This document shows positions 48,880 to 59,000 of a stretch of 64,000 nucleotides of DNA, piece after piece. The DNA lies in the NCBI GenBank assembly GCA_045803585.1, contig JBJMOT010000116.1:5219-69218 (forward strand), given 5' to 3'. How positions within the stretch are numbered: position 1 is the first letter of the stretch; the number at the start of each line of letters is the position of its first letter. The notes under the pieces are model-generated. The model saw nothing but the letters and a program-made list of their open reading frames with translations. It had not been told where the DNA came from and did not search any database. The stretch comes from Gemmatimonadaceae bacterium. Lineage in GTDB: Bacteria > Gemmatimonadota > Gemmatimonadetes > Gemmatimonadales > Gemmatimonadaceae. The position numbers and the translations under genes are program-made.

Positions 48880-49465
48880 CCGTCGCTGTCGCCAGTTTGT
48901 TCGCGTTGAGATTGAAGCCGACCATCGCCGAAGTCGCGTTGCCCGGAACGTCGAGCTTGTCGACCTTGAGCGCGTAAACTTTGAAGTGATAGTGGTGCGG
49001 CTTGTCGCCGGCGGGCGGACAAGGCCCGCCGTACCCCTTGGTGCCAAAGTCGGTCATCCCCTGTTGGCTTCCTTTCGGCGCGTTGCGTCCGTTGCCCACG
49101 CCCGCCGCCAGACCCGTCTCCGATGCCGGGATGTTGTACATCACCCAGTGCCACCAACCGCTGCCCGTCGGCGCATCAGGATCATACGCGGTTACGGCGA
49201 ACGACTTCGTTCCCGCAGGCGCATTCGACCAGTTGAGCGCGGGCGAGATGTTCTGGCCCGAGCATCCAAACGAGTTGAAGACGTGTGCAGCGGTGATGCG
49301 CCCCTTCGATTCGAGATCAGGCGCGCTCAGTTTAAAGCTCGCCTTGGCCGAGGTTCCCTTTGCCTTGGCTTTTGCAGCCTGTCCTGACGCTGCGGTTGCT
49401 GCGAAAAACATTGCCGCGGCCACGATTGCCGCCGCCCTGTGTCCGTGCGATGTGACCATTACCAT
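48857..49465 (-). CDS. YbhB/YbcL (PEBP) family protein, exported
   Basis: YDPDAPTGSGWWHW, YGGPCPP, HHYHF. Confidence 0.93.
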   Translation of the reverse strand: MVMVTSHGHRAAAIVAAAMFFAATAASGQAAKAKAKGTSAKASFKLSAPDLESKGRITAAHVFNSFGCSGQNISPALNWSNAPAGTKSFAVTAYDPDAPTGSGWWHWVMYNIPASETGLAAGVGNGRNAPKGSQQGMTDFGTKGYGGPCPPAGDKPHHYHFKVYALKVDKLDVPGNATSAMVGFNLNANKLATATVTGLYGR

Positions 49466-49486
49466 CCTCCGGTTAACGGAACTCGT

Positions 49487-49921
49487 TTATCTCCACACTG
49501 CGAGAATTGCTCCCGCGAGCATGAAAGAGACGAGGTTGTACAGCGAATCGATGAGCCAGAGCTGCTTCGGCTTGCCGGAGAACAGAGCGGTGGCGTAACT
49601 GGTGCTCGCGACGAAACCGAGCCAGAGAAAAAAGCCGAGTATGGCACCGTGGTGCGCGCCTATCGGATTGCCGGCGCCGATGTGTCCGATGAGCGCCGTC
49701 ATCACCAACGCCTGAAGAAATGCGCAGACGAAAGCCGCGAGGTACATCAGCGGCATGTTGGACGCGGCGGCCTGCGCTCGCATTTGTTCTTCGGTTCTGT
49801 TCTGGAGCGCGATCCAGCGTTTCGCGAACAGCATCGGCGAATACCACAGACCGCCGAGGACGAAGATGACGATTGCTGCTACCAGCACTGCGAGGTAATT
49901 GATCGCCGGAAACGGGTGCAT
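49487..49921 (-). CDS. DUF1761-like membrane protein
   Basis: NYLAVLVAA...GGLWYSP..F...W, four TMs. Confidence 0.8.
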   Translation of the reverse strand: MHPFPAINYLAVLVAAIVIFVLGGLWYSPMLFAKRWIALQNRTEEQMRAQAAASNMPLMYLAAFVCAFLQALVMTALIGHIGAGNPIGAHHGAILGFFLWLGFVASTSYATALFSGKPKQLWLIDSLYNLVSFMLAGAILAVWR

Positions 49922-49969
49922 TGCGATTCCTCCGTGAGTTGTTCTAGAGGCGGGTGGGCCGCCCAGAAT

Positions 49970-50821
49970 CTACGACTCGCGGGCGAGTGCTGCAGCAGTG
50001 CAAACCAGCCGAATGGCCGCGGCGGCCGCCGCTCCATCGGTGTCCGCGGCGGGATCGTATGCGGTGAGCGCAACTCCGGCGATGCGAAGGGTCTGCGCGA
50101 TTTCCGACAGCGCGTAGTCCATGTCGTCCAGGGTGAGGCCACCGGCGACCGCGAACGTATTGGCTGAAGCGACGTCGGAGTCGATTACATCGAGATCCAG
50201 ATGAACGTAAACCTGATCGACGTGCTCGTTGACCGAGCTGAGTGCGCGTCGCAGCCCCGCACGCAGCGCACGTGATTCTACGACGCTGACGTTCGATTCG
50301 TCGAGCAGCGCGTGCTCCAGAGCATCAATGTCACGGGTGCCGACCAGACACACTTGTTGGTCGGAGAGCGGCTGAAAATCGGGCACCGTCGCGGCGATAG
50401 TCTTCCAGCAGCGACCGGTAAGCATCGCGACTGCAGTCCCATCGAGAAAGCCGCTGGCGGTGGTCTCCGGCGTGTTGAAGTCCGCATGGGCGTCAAACCA
50501 GACGACTCCTGTCGAAGCGTTGCCCAATCCGGCGAGCGTACCCACGGCGGTGTTGCAGTTTCCCGCCAGCACGATCGGCAACCTGTTGACTTCGCGGGCT
50601 TCTCGTACTGCGATGGAGATCATCCGCATTAGCTCGAAGGCGGTTCCGATCTCAGCCTTCCAGGAATCCGCGGGAAGCTCGGCGAGCTTGACGTGCACGT
50701 CATGTCCCGCGTCGCGAAGCGCTTGTGGCAGGCCGGCGGCGAGAAGCGCTTCGGGGCCCGCGCCCATTCGGGCGCCACGATTCGCCGAATCGTAAGGAAC
50801 GACCAGTAACTGGATTTCCAT
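49970..50821 (-). CDS. Arginase/ureohydrolase family protein
   Basis: GAGPEAL, WFDAHADFNTPET, HLDLDVID. Confidence 0.85.
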   Translation of the reverse strand: MEIQLLVVPYDSANRGARMGAGPEALLAAGLPQALRDAGHDVHVKLAELPADSWKAEIGTAFELMRMISIAVREAREVNRLPIVLAGNCNTAVGTLAGLGNASTGVVWFDAHADFNTPETTASGFLDGTAVAMLTGRCWKTIAATVPDFQPLSDQQVCLVGTRDIDALEHALLDESNVSVVESRALRAGLRRALSSVNEHVDQVYVHLDLDVIDSDVASANTFAVAGGLTLDDMDYALSEIAQTLRIAGVALTAYDPAADTDGAAAAAAIRLVCTAAALARES

Positions 50822-50864
50822 GCGGTAAAGCTAAGCGGATTCGGCTACCGCAATTCTACAGGCG

Positions 50865-51410
50865 CTACCGTCCGAGACGTGCCCTCGCGGCACGCGCATG
50901 CGCGGCAAACGCCTCGGCGTCAGCGGGGGGAAAGCTCTCCATGAGCGGACCTTTGCCGATCTCTACGTCGCGGAAAACTTCGTCGCCGTTGCCGCGAATC
51001 AGCTGGAGCCGGCGATCTTCATACTTCGCGTCAGCCAGATCACGGAGGTGGTAGGCGATCCCGTGATCGAAGAAAGGAACCAGCGCTCCCAGGGCCATCC
51101 GCGCAAAGAGTTTGGTCGCGGCGCTCTTTATTGTGTCAGTCGCTTCGCGCGCGTTCATCCGCGCCAGGCCGCGATCCGTCATCTGCACCACGATCGTTGT
51201 ATCCATCAACAGGAGCGACGCCTGTCCGTCCCGACTGACGATCGCGAAGCGCGCATGATCCGCCGTTTCTCTGTCGACCACATGCGCGACGGAGTCCGGC
51301 ACGTGGACAGAGACGTGGATGCCAGACGTGTCCTGCGCAAACAGCGGCACTGCCAGGCTGGCTGCGATTGAAAAAGTCGCCAGCACTCTGGCGGCGTTGC
51401 TGAGTTTCAC
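50865..51410 (-). CDS. Secreted hypothetical protein
   Basis: GGAG RBS, GTG start, signal peptide ending LFA-Q. Confidence 0.65.
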   Translation of the reverse strand: MKLSNAARVLATFSIAASLAVPLFAQDTSGIHVSVHVPDSVAHVVDRETADHARFAIVSRDGQASLLLMDTTIVVQMTDRGLARMNAREATDTIKSAATKLFARMALGALVPFFDHGIAYHLRDLADAKYEDRRLQLIRGNGDEVFRDVEIGKGPLMESFPPADAEAFAAHARAARARLGR

Positions 51411-51488
51411 CGGTCGCTCCCTGGGAGTGGCTTTTCTAGTCCTACGACGCAGGTCGGTCGGAGGTTTCGTGCTGCCGGTCGGCAGGAC

Positions 51489-52172
51489 TCACTCGAAGTA
51501 GATATCCGGAAACTGCTTCTTCAGCGCCACGAGTTTCGGCTTGTCATTGATGACGATGTAGGGCTGATTCGGATGCTGCTCCAGGTAGTGCTGATGGTAA
51601 TCCTCGGCGGCGTAGAACGAAGGGAGCTTGGCAACCTGGGTCACAATTGGCGCCGAGAACGTCTTGGCGGCGGTCAGCTGCTTGATGTAGCTGTCAGCAA
51701 CCTGCTTTTGTCGGTCGTTGCGATAAAAAATCGCCGAGCGGTACTGCGTGCCGTGGTCGGGCCCCTGACGATTCAGCTCTGTTGGATCGTGCGCCACCGA
51801 GAAGAAGATCTGCAGCAGCTTACCATAGGATACGACGGAAGGATCGTAGATCACCTCGACCGATTCCGCGTAACCCGTGTCGCCGGTGCTCACCTGCTCA
51901 TAGGACGGGTTCGCCAGCGTCCCGCCTGCATACCCGGAGATTGCGCGCCTTACGCCTTTGACGTGGTCGAACACCGCTTCGATTCCCCAGAAGCAGCCAC
52001 CCGCGAAGACCGCTGTGTCTTCGGCTGCGAAGGGGGCGAGCTCGCTACCCACTGCAGGTTCGGCGACCGGCGCAGTCGCTGCGTGGGAAACACCGCTTGT
52101 CAGTCTGGCTGCGAATAGCAGGATTGCGACGGGGATGATCATGATGGCGGCGTAGTTGAGAAAGCGATTCAT
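51489..52172 (-). CDS. msrA: Peptide-methionine (S)-S-oxide reductase, exported
   Basis: AGGCFWG, SGYAGG, HDPT..NRQGPD.GTQYRS, AEDYHQ; N-terminal signal or anchor. Confidence 0.93.
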   Translation of the reverse strand: MNRFLNYAAIMIIPVAILLFAARLTSGVSHAATAPVAEPAVGSELAPFAAEDTAVFAGGCFWGIEAVFDHVKGVRRAISGYAGGTLANPSYEQVSTGDTGYAESVEVIYDPSVVSYGKLLQIFFSVAHDPTELNRQGPDHGTQYRSAIFYRNDRQKQVADSYIKQLTAAKTFSAPIVTQVAKLPSFYAAEDYHQHYLEQHPNQPYIVINDKPKLVALKKQFPDIYFE

Positions 52173-52250
52173 GGGTGATGCTCCAGTCTGTATTGAACCG
52201 TTCGTATGTACGTTTTGTTCCCTGCTGTCGCGGTGCAAGTGCCCCTCGTG

Positions 52251-53474
52251 TCAGGTGAAAATTGGCGGCATCCGGCGTTCGCTGGCCCGGCGGAATGGGT
52301 AGCTGCGCGCGAGTCGCTGGTCCAACGCCGGGTTTGGCGGGTTATCGCCTTCCAGGAAAACCCACTCGACATCGACGAACTCGCTGCTCTGCCACATTCC
52401 GATGCCGACCTGCCTTTTAAGGTCGAGCTCGTGCTTCGACGCCATCGCCAGGCTATCGAGCGCTTCCAGCGATCGCTCCAGGAACTCTCGCATCAGCGGG
52501 ACTATCAGGAACCCACACCGCCGTCGTGTGGAGATGATGCGCAGCGGTTGCTCGAACCTGTTGGCCCTTACCGCTTCGAGTGCGGTCCGTATTTGTTGTT
52601 TGAGCGCGCGCAAGTCATACCACCCCAGTAACGCCAGCTCGGTTAATATCTCATAACTGTGAGTCGTCGCATCATGATGGGAAGCGGTCTCGTCGTAATG
52701 CGGGTCGTCCTCTTCGTCGTCTTCCTCCTCTTCATCGTGCGTAGACAGCTCGGCCGCGAGGTTGTCCAGCACGAACGAGAATTCGCTGGCCGTCGCCCCT
52801 CCACGCGATCGAGCCGCGCGTTCGAGACTCGAGTTCGGCGGCGACGAGAAATCCTCGAGCAGATACTGACCGATCAGCGCCGTCTCACTCACGGCGGTAG
52901 AAGGCGGATCCCAGCCAAGCAGAATGTCTCGCCGGAACGCGAAATACTCCACGAGCTCGGCCGGCGTCACGAAGTGCTGGCAGATCTCGAAGTAGTCGGT
53001 GTCGCGCAGGATGTGCACGAACCCGCCGTTTCGGTATTGCTTGAACCGCGCGGCGCGAAAAGGTCGGGACTTCGGCGGAACACGATAGATGACGATGCCT
53101 ACCAGCCGGTCCGCTTTCGACGGAGTTACCGTCATGCGTTGACCGAAGGCATTGACGATCGAGAGACTCGTATAGCTGGAAAGCAATTCGCGCGTGGCCT
53201 GGACCCGTCTGACTCCTTTTCGCACCACCTGTCCGCTGACCCACTTCTCGAGATCTCCGGACTTCGCGACCACTTTGTGCTCTCGCTCCCGCAGTTGGAA
53301 GATCAATCCGATGTCATCGACAAGCAGCACCCGGTCCGCGAGCTGCGATTCCTTCTCGGCCGTCGTCGGAAGTTGATTCGTCCCGAACGAAAAGGCGCGC
53401 ATGAAAACGTTGGAGTGCTGCTGGGCGGTGAAGTCGTGAAGGAGACTTGTCGGCTCTTTCGCGGCCTCTTTCAC
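52251..53474 (-). CDS. Hypothetical protein with degenerate NERD/PD-(D/E)XK-like N-terminus
   Basis: Long ORF with GTG start just after the upstream stop; QLAD-x12-FQLRER resembles a nuclease D...(E/Q)xK motif. Confidence 0.6.
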   Translation of the reverse strand: MKEAAKEPTSLLHDFTAQQHSNVFMRAFSFGTNQLPTTAEKESQLADRVLLVDDIGLIFQLREREHKVVAKSGDLEKWVSGQVVRKGVRRVQATRELLSSYTSLSIVNAFGQRMTVTPSKADRLVGIVIYRVPPKSRPFRAARFKQYRNGGFVHILRDTDYFEICQHFVTPAELVEYFAFRRDILLGWDPPSTAVSETALIGQYLLEDFSSPPNSSLERAARSRGGATASEFSFVLDNLAAELSTHDEEEEDDEEDDPHYDETASHHDATTHSYEILTELALLGWYDLRALKQQIRTALEAVRANRFEQPLRIISTRRRCGFLIVPLMREFLERSLEALDSLAMASKHELDLKRQVGIGMWQSSEFVDVEWVFLEGDNPPNPALDQRLARSYPFRRASERRMPPIFT

Positions 53475-53485
53475 TCGCCCCCGGG

Positions 53486-53983
53486 CTAGAATCGTCTCGC
53501 TCGTCGTTCCCATGCCAGTAGAAGAGCTGCGCCGACGAGGCCGGTGATAATGCAGATGAGATAAATCGTGCGCACGCTCACCAACCCGTACAACGGATTG
53601 GCGTCCGTGAAAGGCCGAAACGGACGAATGTCCGGGTGCATTATTCCGTCGAGCACCGAGTGAAGGATCCCGCCGAAGATACCGCTCGCCGCAGCGATCG
53701 GCATTCGGATTTCCGCGCCGAGGGCTTCCGGAATCGCATCTCGCGGCCGGAGGAGACGGATGCCGACACGGGACACGATTAGTCCGCACAAAAGGCCGAT
53801 CAAGCCGCCGAGCAGGAAGGTGTGTGCCTGGCGGTGTACGGGATAATCGCCGCGCAGCAGATGGTAGCCCGACTCGATGTCGATCACGATCTGCGTGACC
53901 GAGTACGCCGCGACGGAGAACTGACGCGGTGCGGCCGCCTTGACGAGAAGGCCGGGCCCGAAGTGGAAAGGAGTTGCCGGCAT
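53486..53983 (-). CDS. DUF4184-like / membrane metal-dependent hydrolase-like protein
   Basis: TPFH, IDIE, HRQAHT, HSVLDGIMHPD motifs. Confidence 0.75.
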   Translation of the reverse strand: MPATPFHFGPGLLVKAAAPRQFSVAAYSVTQIVIDIESGYHLLRGDYPVHRQAHTFLLGGLIGLLCGLIVSRVGIRLLRPRDAIPEALGAEIRMPIAAASGIFGGILHSVLDGIMHPDIRPFRPFTDANPLYGLVSVRTIYLICIITGLVGAALLLAWERRARRF

Positions 53984-54011
53984 GCGCTAAGCCAATCTAT
54001 CGGGGCGTAGA

Positions 54012-54041
54012 GTGATGCCGCGAGTGCATACGCGGCATCAC
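54012..54041. terminator. GC-rich hairpin, possible terminator
   Basis: GTGATGCCGCG-N8-CGCGGCATCAC just downstream of the 54052 stop; weak U-tract. Confidence 0.45.
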
Positions 54042-54051
54042 CTTCGAAAAC

Positions 54052-54513
54052 TTACAGGGTTGGCTTGATCACCATTCCGGCGATGATGATGGCGAACAGG
54101 ATCAGGTAGATCAGCTGAGCGTTCCGCAGACGCTGGAAAGCAACAGCGAGCGCGGCCTCTTCGGCCGACTGTTCTGATGTTAACGCGAGCAGCTCTATAG
54201 CGCGTTTTCTAATGACAAGTCCTCCGAACACGCCTTGCACCAGCACTCCGGCATAACCAAACCAGACCCAGAACGTGTTGTAGCCGATGTTGCCGAGCCA
54301 AACCATGGTGAGCCCGGTGAGAAGAACGAACCCCGCGGCTGGGCCAGCGACTCCCTGAGCATACGCCAGGGTTTGCTTCAGAAAGACTGCCAGCAGCGCA
54401 CGATCCTTTTCTCTGGCAACCTTCCAGAGCGCGATGACGAGGCCGGTGAGGCCGCCGAGCCAGATCACCACTGAGAGAACGTGGATGTACTTCAGCACTC
54501 CGTACCAATTCAT
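54052..54513 (-). CDS. DUF2269-like membrane protein
   Basis: LKYIHVLSVVIWLGG, LLTG, terminal MVIKP; four TMs. Confidence 0.8.
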   Translation of the reverse strand: MNWYGVLKYIHVLSVVIWLGGLTGLVIALWKVAREKDRALLAVFLKQTLAYAQGVAGPAAGFVLLTGLTMVWLGNIGYNTFWVWFGYAGVLVQGVFGGLVIRKRAIELLALTSEQSAEEAALAVAFQRLRNAQLIYLILFAIIIAGMVIKPTL

Positions 54514-54571
54514 TACTACCCCGTGGTTGTCGTTAACTGCGCTTCCGGCATGTCGAAGCTCAAAGCATTTA

Positions 54572-54604
54572 CTGCAACCGTTCTGTTGCGGTTAAGACCC
54601 TTCA
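54572..54604 (-). repeat. Intergenic motif copy C
   Basis: TGAAGGGTCTTAACCGCAACAGAACGGTTGC matches copy A at 26 of 31 positions. Confidence 0.55.
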
Positions 54605-54621
54605 AGTTGAGAGCGCTCAGA

Positions 54622-56076
54622 CTACTTGATCGGCCACGTCCCCCCAACTGCTTTGTAAACCGCAACCAAAGCCGTGGCTGCCGCGGTGTGTCCCTGCACG
54701 AGCTGGTTCTGCGAATCGAGCAGCGTTCGCTCGGCGTCCAGCACCTGCAGCAGATCAGTCAGGCCCGCCTCGAAGCGCTGCTGCGCGAGGTCGGCGGCCT
54801 TCGCGCTGGATTTCACCGCGTCCTCGAGAATCGCCAGAGTGGCGTGCGCACGATCGTAGGTCACGAGCGACGCCTCGCTTTCCTCCAACGCGTGGAGCAC
54901 GGTAGCGTTGTAGGTCGCCTGCGCCTGATCCTGACCAGCCTCGGCGACCTCTACGCGCTGCCTCACCCTTCCGACATCGAACAGCGGGATCGTCAGCACC
55001 GGTCCGAACAGCAGTCTCGAATTGTTCGACTTGAACAATGAGTCAAGCGACGCGGCCATGTAACCGGCGCGCGCGCTCAATGTCACCTTCGGCAAATACT
55101 CCGCGCGCGCTCCACCTACGAACAGTGCGCTGGCAGCGAGCTCTCGCTCGGCGCGCAAGACATCAGGTCGCCGGCGGACGAGCTGCTCGGGCGAGCCCAC
55201 GTAGAGTGTGTCGGGGAGTTTTGGAAGCGAGCCTGAGTCGAGAGCTGCGGCAGGCAATGCGTCGGGCGCGCGACCCATTAGGACCGCCAGCCTGTTCTTG
55301 TCGATGGCGATCTGCGATTCAAGGCGCGGCGTCGCCGCCAGCGCGAGGTAAAGCACGGACTTCGCGCGCTCGGTGTCGAACGCCGTCCCTCGGCCAGCGG
55401 CCAGACGGTCCTCGGTGAGCTTCACGATCTTCCGCTGCGTCGCCGCGAACTGCTGCGAAACTGCAAGCTGGCGCTGCGCGCCGCGCAAATCGAAATAAGT
55501 GCGGGCCACTTCGGCGGCGACGCTCACCTGCACGTCCTCGAGACCGTGCTGCGACGCTTCCGCGAGAGCGCCCACTCCTTTCACATTGCGGCTGACACGG
55601 CCGAAAATATCGACTTCCCACGACGCATCGAATCCGGCGTCCCAGTAGGTCTGAGTAGGAAGTCTGCTGAGCCCGGGTGTGACGGCGGTCGAAAGCTGGG
55701 TTACCTGCGTGCTCCCAGTTCCCGTAATCGTAGGAATCAGGTCCAGTGCGGCGAGATGCTTGGCAGCGCGGGCACCGGTCAGCCGCGACTCGGCAATGCG
55801 CACGTCCATGTTGGCGCGCTGTGCTTCACGCACCAGTTTCGCCAAGGTCGTGTCGCCCAGCTCCGTCCAGAAGGGAGTCGACAGAGCGGCGCTTACGCGA
55901 ACCATGCTCGAGGACGCGTCCTCCGCTGGCGAAACGGCACGGCCGTCAGCCGCGCCCGGCGCCGCGGTGCCGAGAGTGTACGACGCGGGCACGGGAACTT
56001 CCGAAGTGCGATACGCCGGTGTGCCACCGCACGCGCCGAGCAGGAGTGCACTCGTCGCAATGAGAACTTTATACAT
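54622..56076 (-). CDS. RND outer-membrane factor lipoprotein (NodT/OprN-like)
   Basis: LLGAC lipobox, ASWEVDIFG, RRPDV...E, YKAVGGTW; start overlaps the permease stop. Confidence 0.92.
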   Translation of the reverse strand: MYKVLIATSALLLGACGGTPAYRTSEVPVPASYTLGTAAPGAADGRAVSPAEDASSSMVRVSAALSTPFWTELGDTTLAKLVREAQRANMDVRIAESRLTGARAAKHLAALDLIPTITGTGSTQVTQLSTAVTPGLSRLPTQTYWDAGFDASWEVDIFGRVSRNVKGVGALAEASQHGLEDVQVSVAAEVARTYFDLRGAQRQLAVSQQFAATQRKIVKLTEDRLAAGRGTAFDTERAKSVLYLALAATPRLESQIAIDKNRLAVLMGRAPDALPAAALDSGSLPKLPDTLYVGSPEQLVRRRPDVLRAERELAASALFVGGARAEYLPKVTLSARAGYMAASLDSLFKSNNSRLLFGPVLTIPLFDVGRVRQRVEVAEAGQDQAQATYNATVLHALEESEASLVTYDRAHATLAILEDAVKSSAKAADLAQQRFEAGLTDLLQVLDAERTLLDSQNQLVQGHTAAATALVAVYKAVGGTWPIK

Positions 56077-59000
56077 GACTGCCACCCTCTTTCTCCACCG
56101 CCAACGCCGGGCGCCAGGTGTGGATTGGTTGTACGTCGTCAGGAATTGCCACCGGCTTGTCGAGGTGTCTGTCTGGATGTCTGTCGACAAGACCGCGGAT
56201 GCGAACATAGAAGAGCGGGGTGAACACGAGGCCCAGGAACGTCACTCCGAGCATTCCGGAGAACACGGCGATTCCCATCACCCGGCGCATCTCCGCGCCG
56301 GCACCGCTGGCAACGATCAGCGGAACGACGCCGGCGATGAAGGCGAAGGACGTCATCAGAATTGGACGCAGTCGGATCTTCGCCGCCTCGAGCGCCGCCG
56401 TATACCGATCCGCACCCTTTCGCTCGAGATCGCGCGCGAACTCGACTATCAGGATCGCGTTCTTGCATGCGAGTCCGACCAGCACGAGAAGCCCGATCTG
56501 GGTGAAGACGTTGTTATCGCCACGAGTCAGCCACACGCCGGCGATCGCCGACACAAGACACATCGGAACGATGAGAACGATTACGAGAGGCAGTGACCAG
56601 CTTTCGTACTGCGCGGCGAGAACCAGAAACACCAGCAAAATGCAGAGCGGGAAGACGAGGATCGCGGTGTTGCCTGCCAGCTTCTGTTGATAGGTGAGCT
56701 CGGTCCATTCGTAGCCGACGCCGTTTGGCAGAGTTTCGTTGGTAAGTGCTTCCATTGTCTGCACTGCCGCACCGGCACTCACTCCCGGCGCCGCGCTGCC
56801 ACTGATGTCCGCGGCTGGATAGCCGTTGTAATGGGTGACCTGGTCGGGGCCGTACGATTGCTTCATCGTCAGCACTGATCCGAGGGGCACCATTTCGCCG
56901 CGACCATTGCGCACCTTGAGCTGAGTAATATTCTCCGCGCCGGATCGATAAGGCGCATCGGCCTGCGCGATGACCTGATACGTACGGCCGAACTTGTTGA
57001 AGTCATTCACGTACTGCGATCCGAGATAGATCTGCAGCGTCGAGAAGAGGTCGTTGAGCCGGATGTCGAGCTGCTTCACCTTGTCGCGATCTACGTCAGC
57101 GAATAGCTGCGGCACGTTGATCTGATAACTGGAGAACTGCCCGGCGAGTCCCGGAGTCTGGTACGCTCGCCCCAACACGGCTTGTGCGGTCGCATAGAGC
57201 GTCGAGTCGCCAAGACCTGCTTTGTCCTCGAGCATCATCTTGAAGCCGCCAATCGCACCCAAGCCGTTGACGGCCGGGGGAGGGAAGACGGCGACGAAAG
57301 CGTCCTGGATGCTGGAGAATTTCTGGTTGAGCGAGGCCAGTATCGCGCCGCTCTTCAGATCCTTGCTCTTGCGCTCCTCGAACGGCTTGAGTCCAATGAA
57401 AATGATGCCAGCGTTGGGCTTGGGTCCGAACGAGCTGATCGAGAGTCCGGGGAATTCGACAGCGTGCTCCACTCCCGGCTCCTTGAGCGCAATCTCCGTC
57501 ATCCGTCTCACCACCGACTCGGTCCGATCCAGCGACGCGGCGTCGGGAAGTTGGGCGATTGCCACGAGGAATCGCTTGTCCTGGCTCGGCACGAATCCCT
57601 TTGGGACCCGGGCGAAACCGAGAATTCCGACGAGGACGAGAATGCCGTACGCGGCAAGGGCGACGATCGACCGGTGGGTGACTTGCTGCACCGCTCGCCC
57701 GTATCGCGCCGATCCGCGACTGAACAACCGGTTGAACGGTACGAACAACCAGCCTAGCAACCGGTTCATGATCTTTGTTGGCGCGTCAGCCGGCGCATTG
57801 CGCGGTTTGAGCAGCACCGCCGCGAGTGCGGGCGACAGCGTCAAAGAGTTGAACGCCGAGATGAGCGTCGAGAACGCGATGGTGAGCGCGAACTGGCGAT
57901 AGAACTGTCCGGTCAGGCCGCTTATGAAAGCGACCGGAACGAACACCGCGCACAGCACCAGGGCGATGGCGATGATCGGGCCGCTGACCTCCTCCATCGC
58001 TCGGTGACTTGCCTCGAGCGGCGACAGCCCTTCCTCGATGTGCCGCTCCACGTTTTCGACAACGACAATGGCGTCATCCACGACAATGCCGATAGCGAGC
58101 ACCATTCCGAACAGCGACAGTGTGTTGATCGAGAAGCCCGTCGCCAGCATCACGGCGAACGTTCCGACGATCGAGATCGGCACCGCGGCCAGCGGAATGA
58201 CCGACGCCCGCCACGTCTGTAGGAAGAGCACCACCACGATGACCACCATCAGGGTGGCCAGCAGCAGAGTGTAGATCACCTCGCGAATCGAATCGCGCAC
58301 GAAGAGCGTCGGGTCGTATACCGCGGACCAGTCGACTCCTTCAGGGAAACGAGTTTTGAGCTCCGCCATCCTGGCGCGAATGCCGCTCGACAGGGCCAAT
58401 GCGTTGGACCCCGGTGCCTGGAAAATGACAATGGCGACGGCTGCTTTGTTGTCGAGCAATGCGCGCAGAGAAAACGTCCCGGCGCCAAGCTCGATCCTCG
58501 ACACATCCCGCAGGCGGGTAACCTGACCGTCAGCGCCCGTCTTAATGATGATGTTTCCAAACTCCGTTTCGTCGGCCAGGCGTCCGTGTGCATTCACGGT
58601 GAGCTGGTAGGCGACCGGATCGTTCATTGGCGGCGCGCCAACGGTGCCGGCTGCCACCTGGAGATTCTGCTCCCGAATCGCCTGTACTACATCGGCGGCT
58701 GAAAGTCCGTGCGATGCAACGCGATTCGGATCCAGCCAGACGCGCATCGCGTAGTCGCCGGCGCCGAAGACGATTACCTGTCCCGCTCCGGGTATTCGCG
58801 ACAGCTCGTTGCGGACGTTGAGCAATGCGTAGTTGCGCAGATAAACCGGGTCATAGCGGCCGTCCGGCGAGAACAGGTGGACGACCATTGTGATGTCTGG
58901 CGAGCGCTTCTCAGTGATTACACCGAGCGCGCGCACTTCCTCCGGCAACCGCGCCACCGCTTGCGCCACTCTGTTCTGTACCTGCACCTGCGCCAGATCG

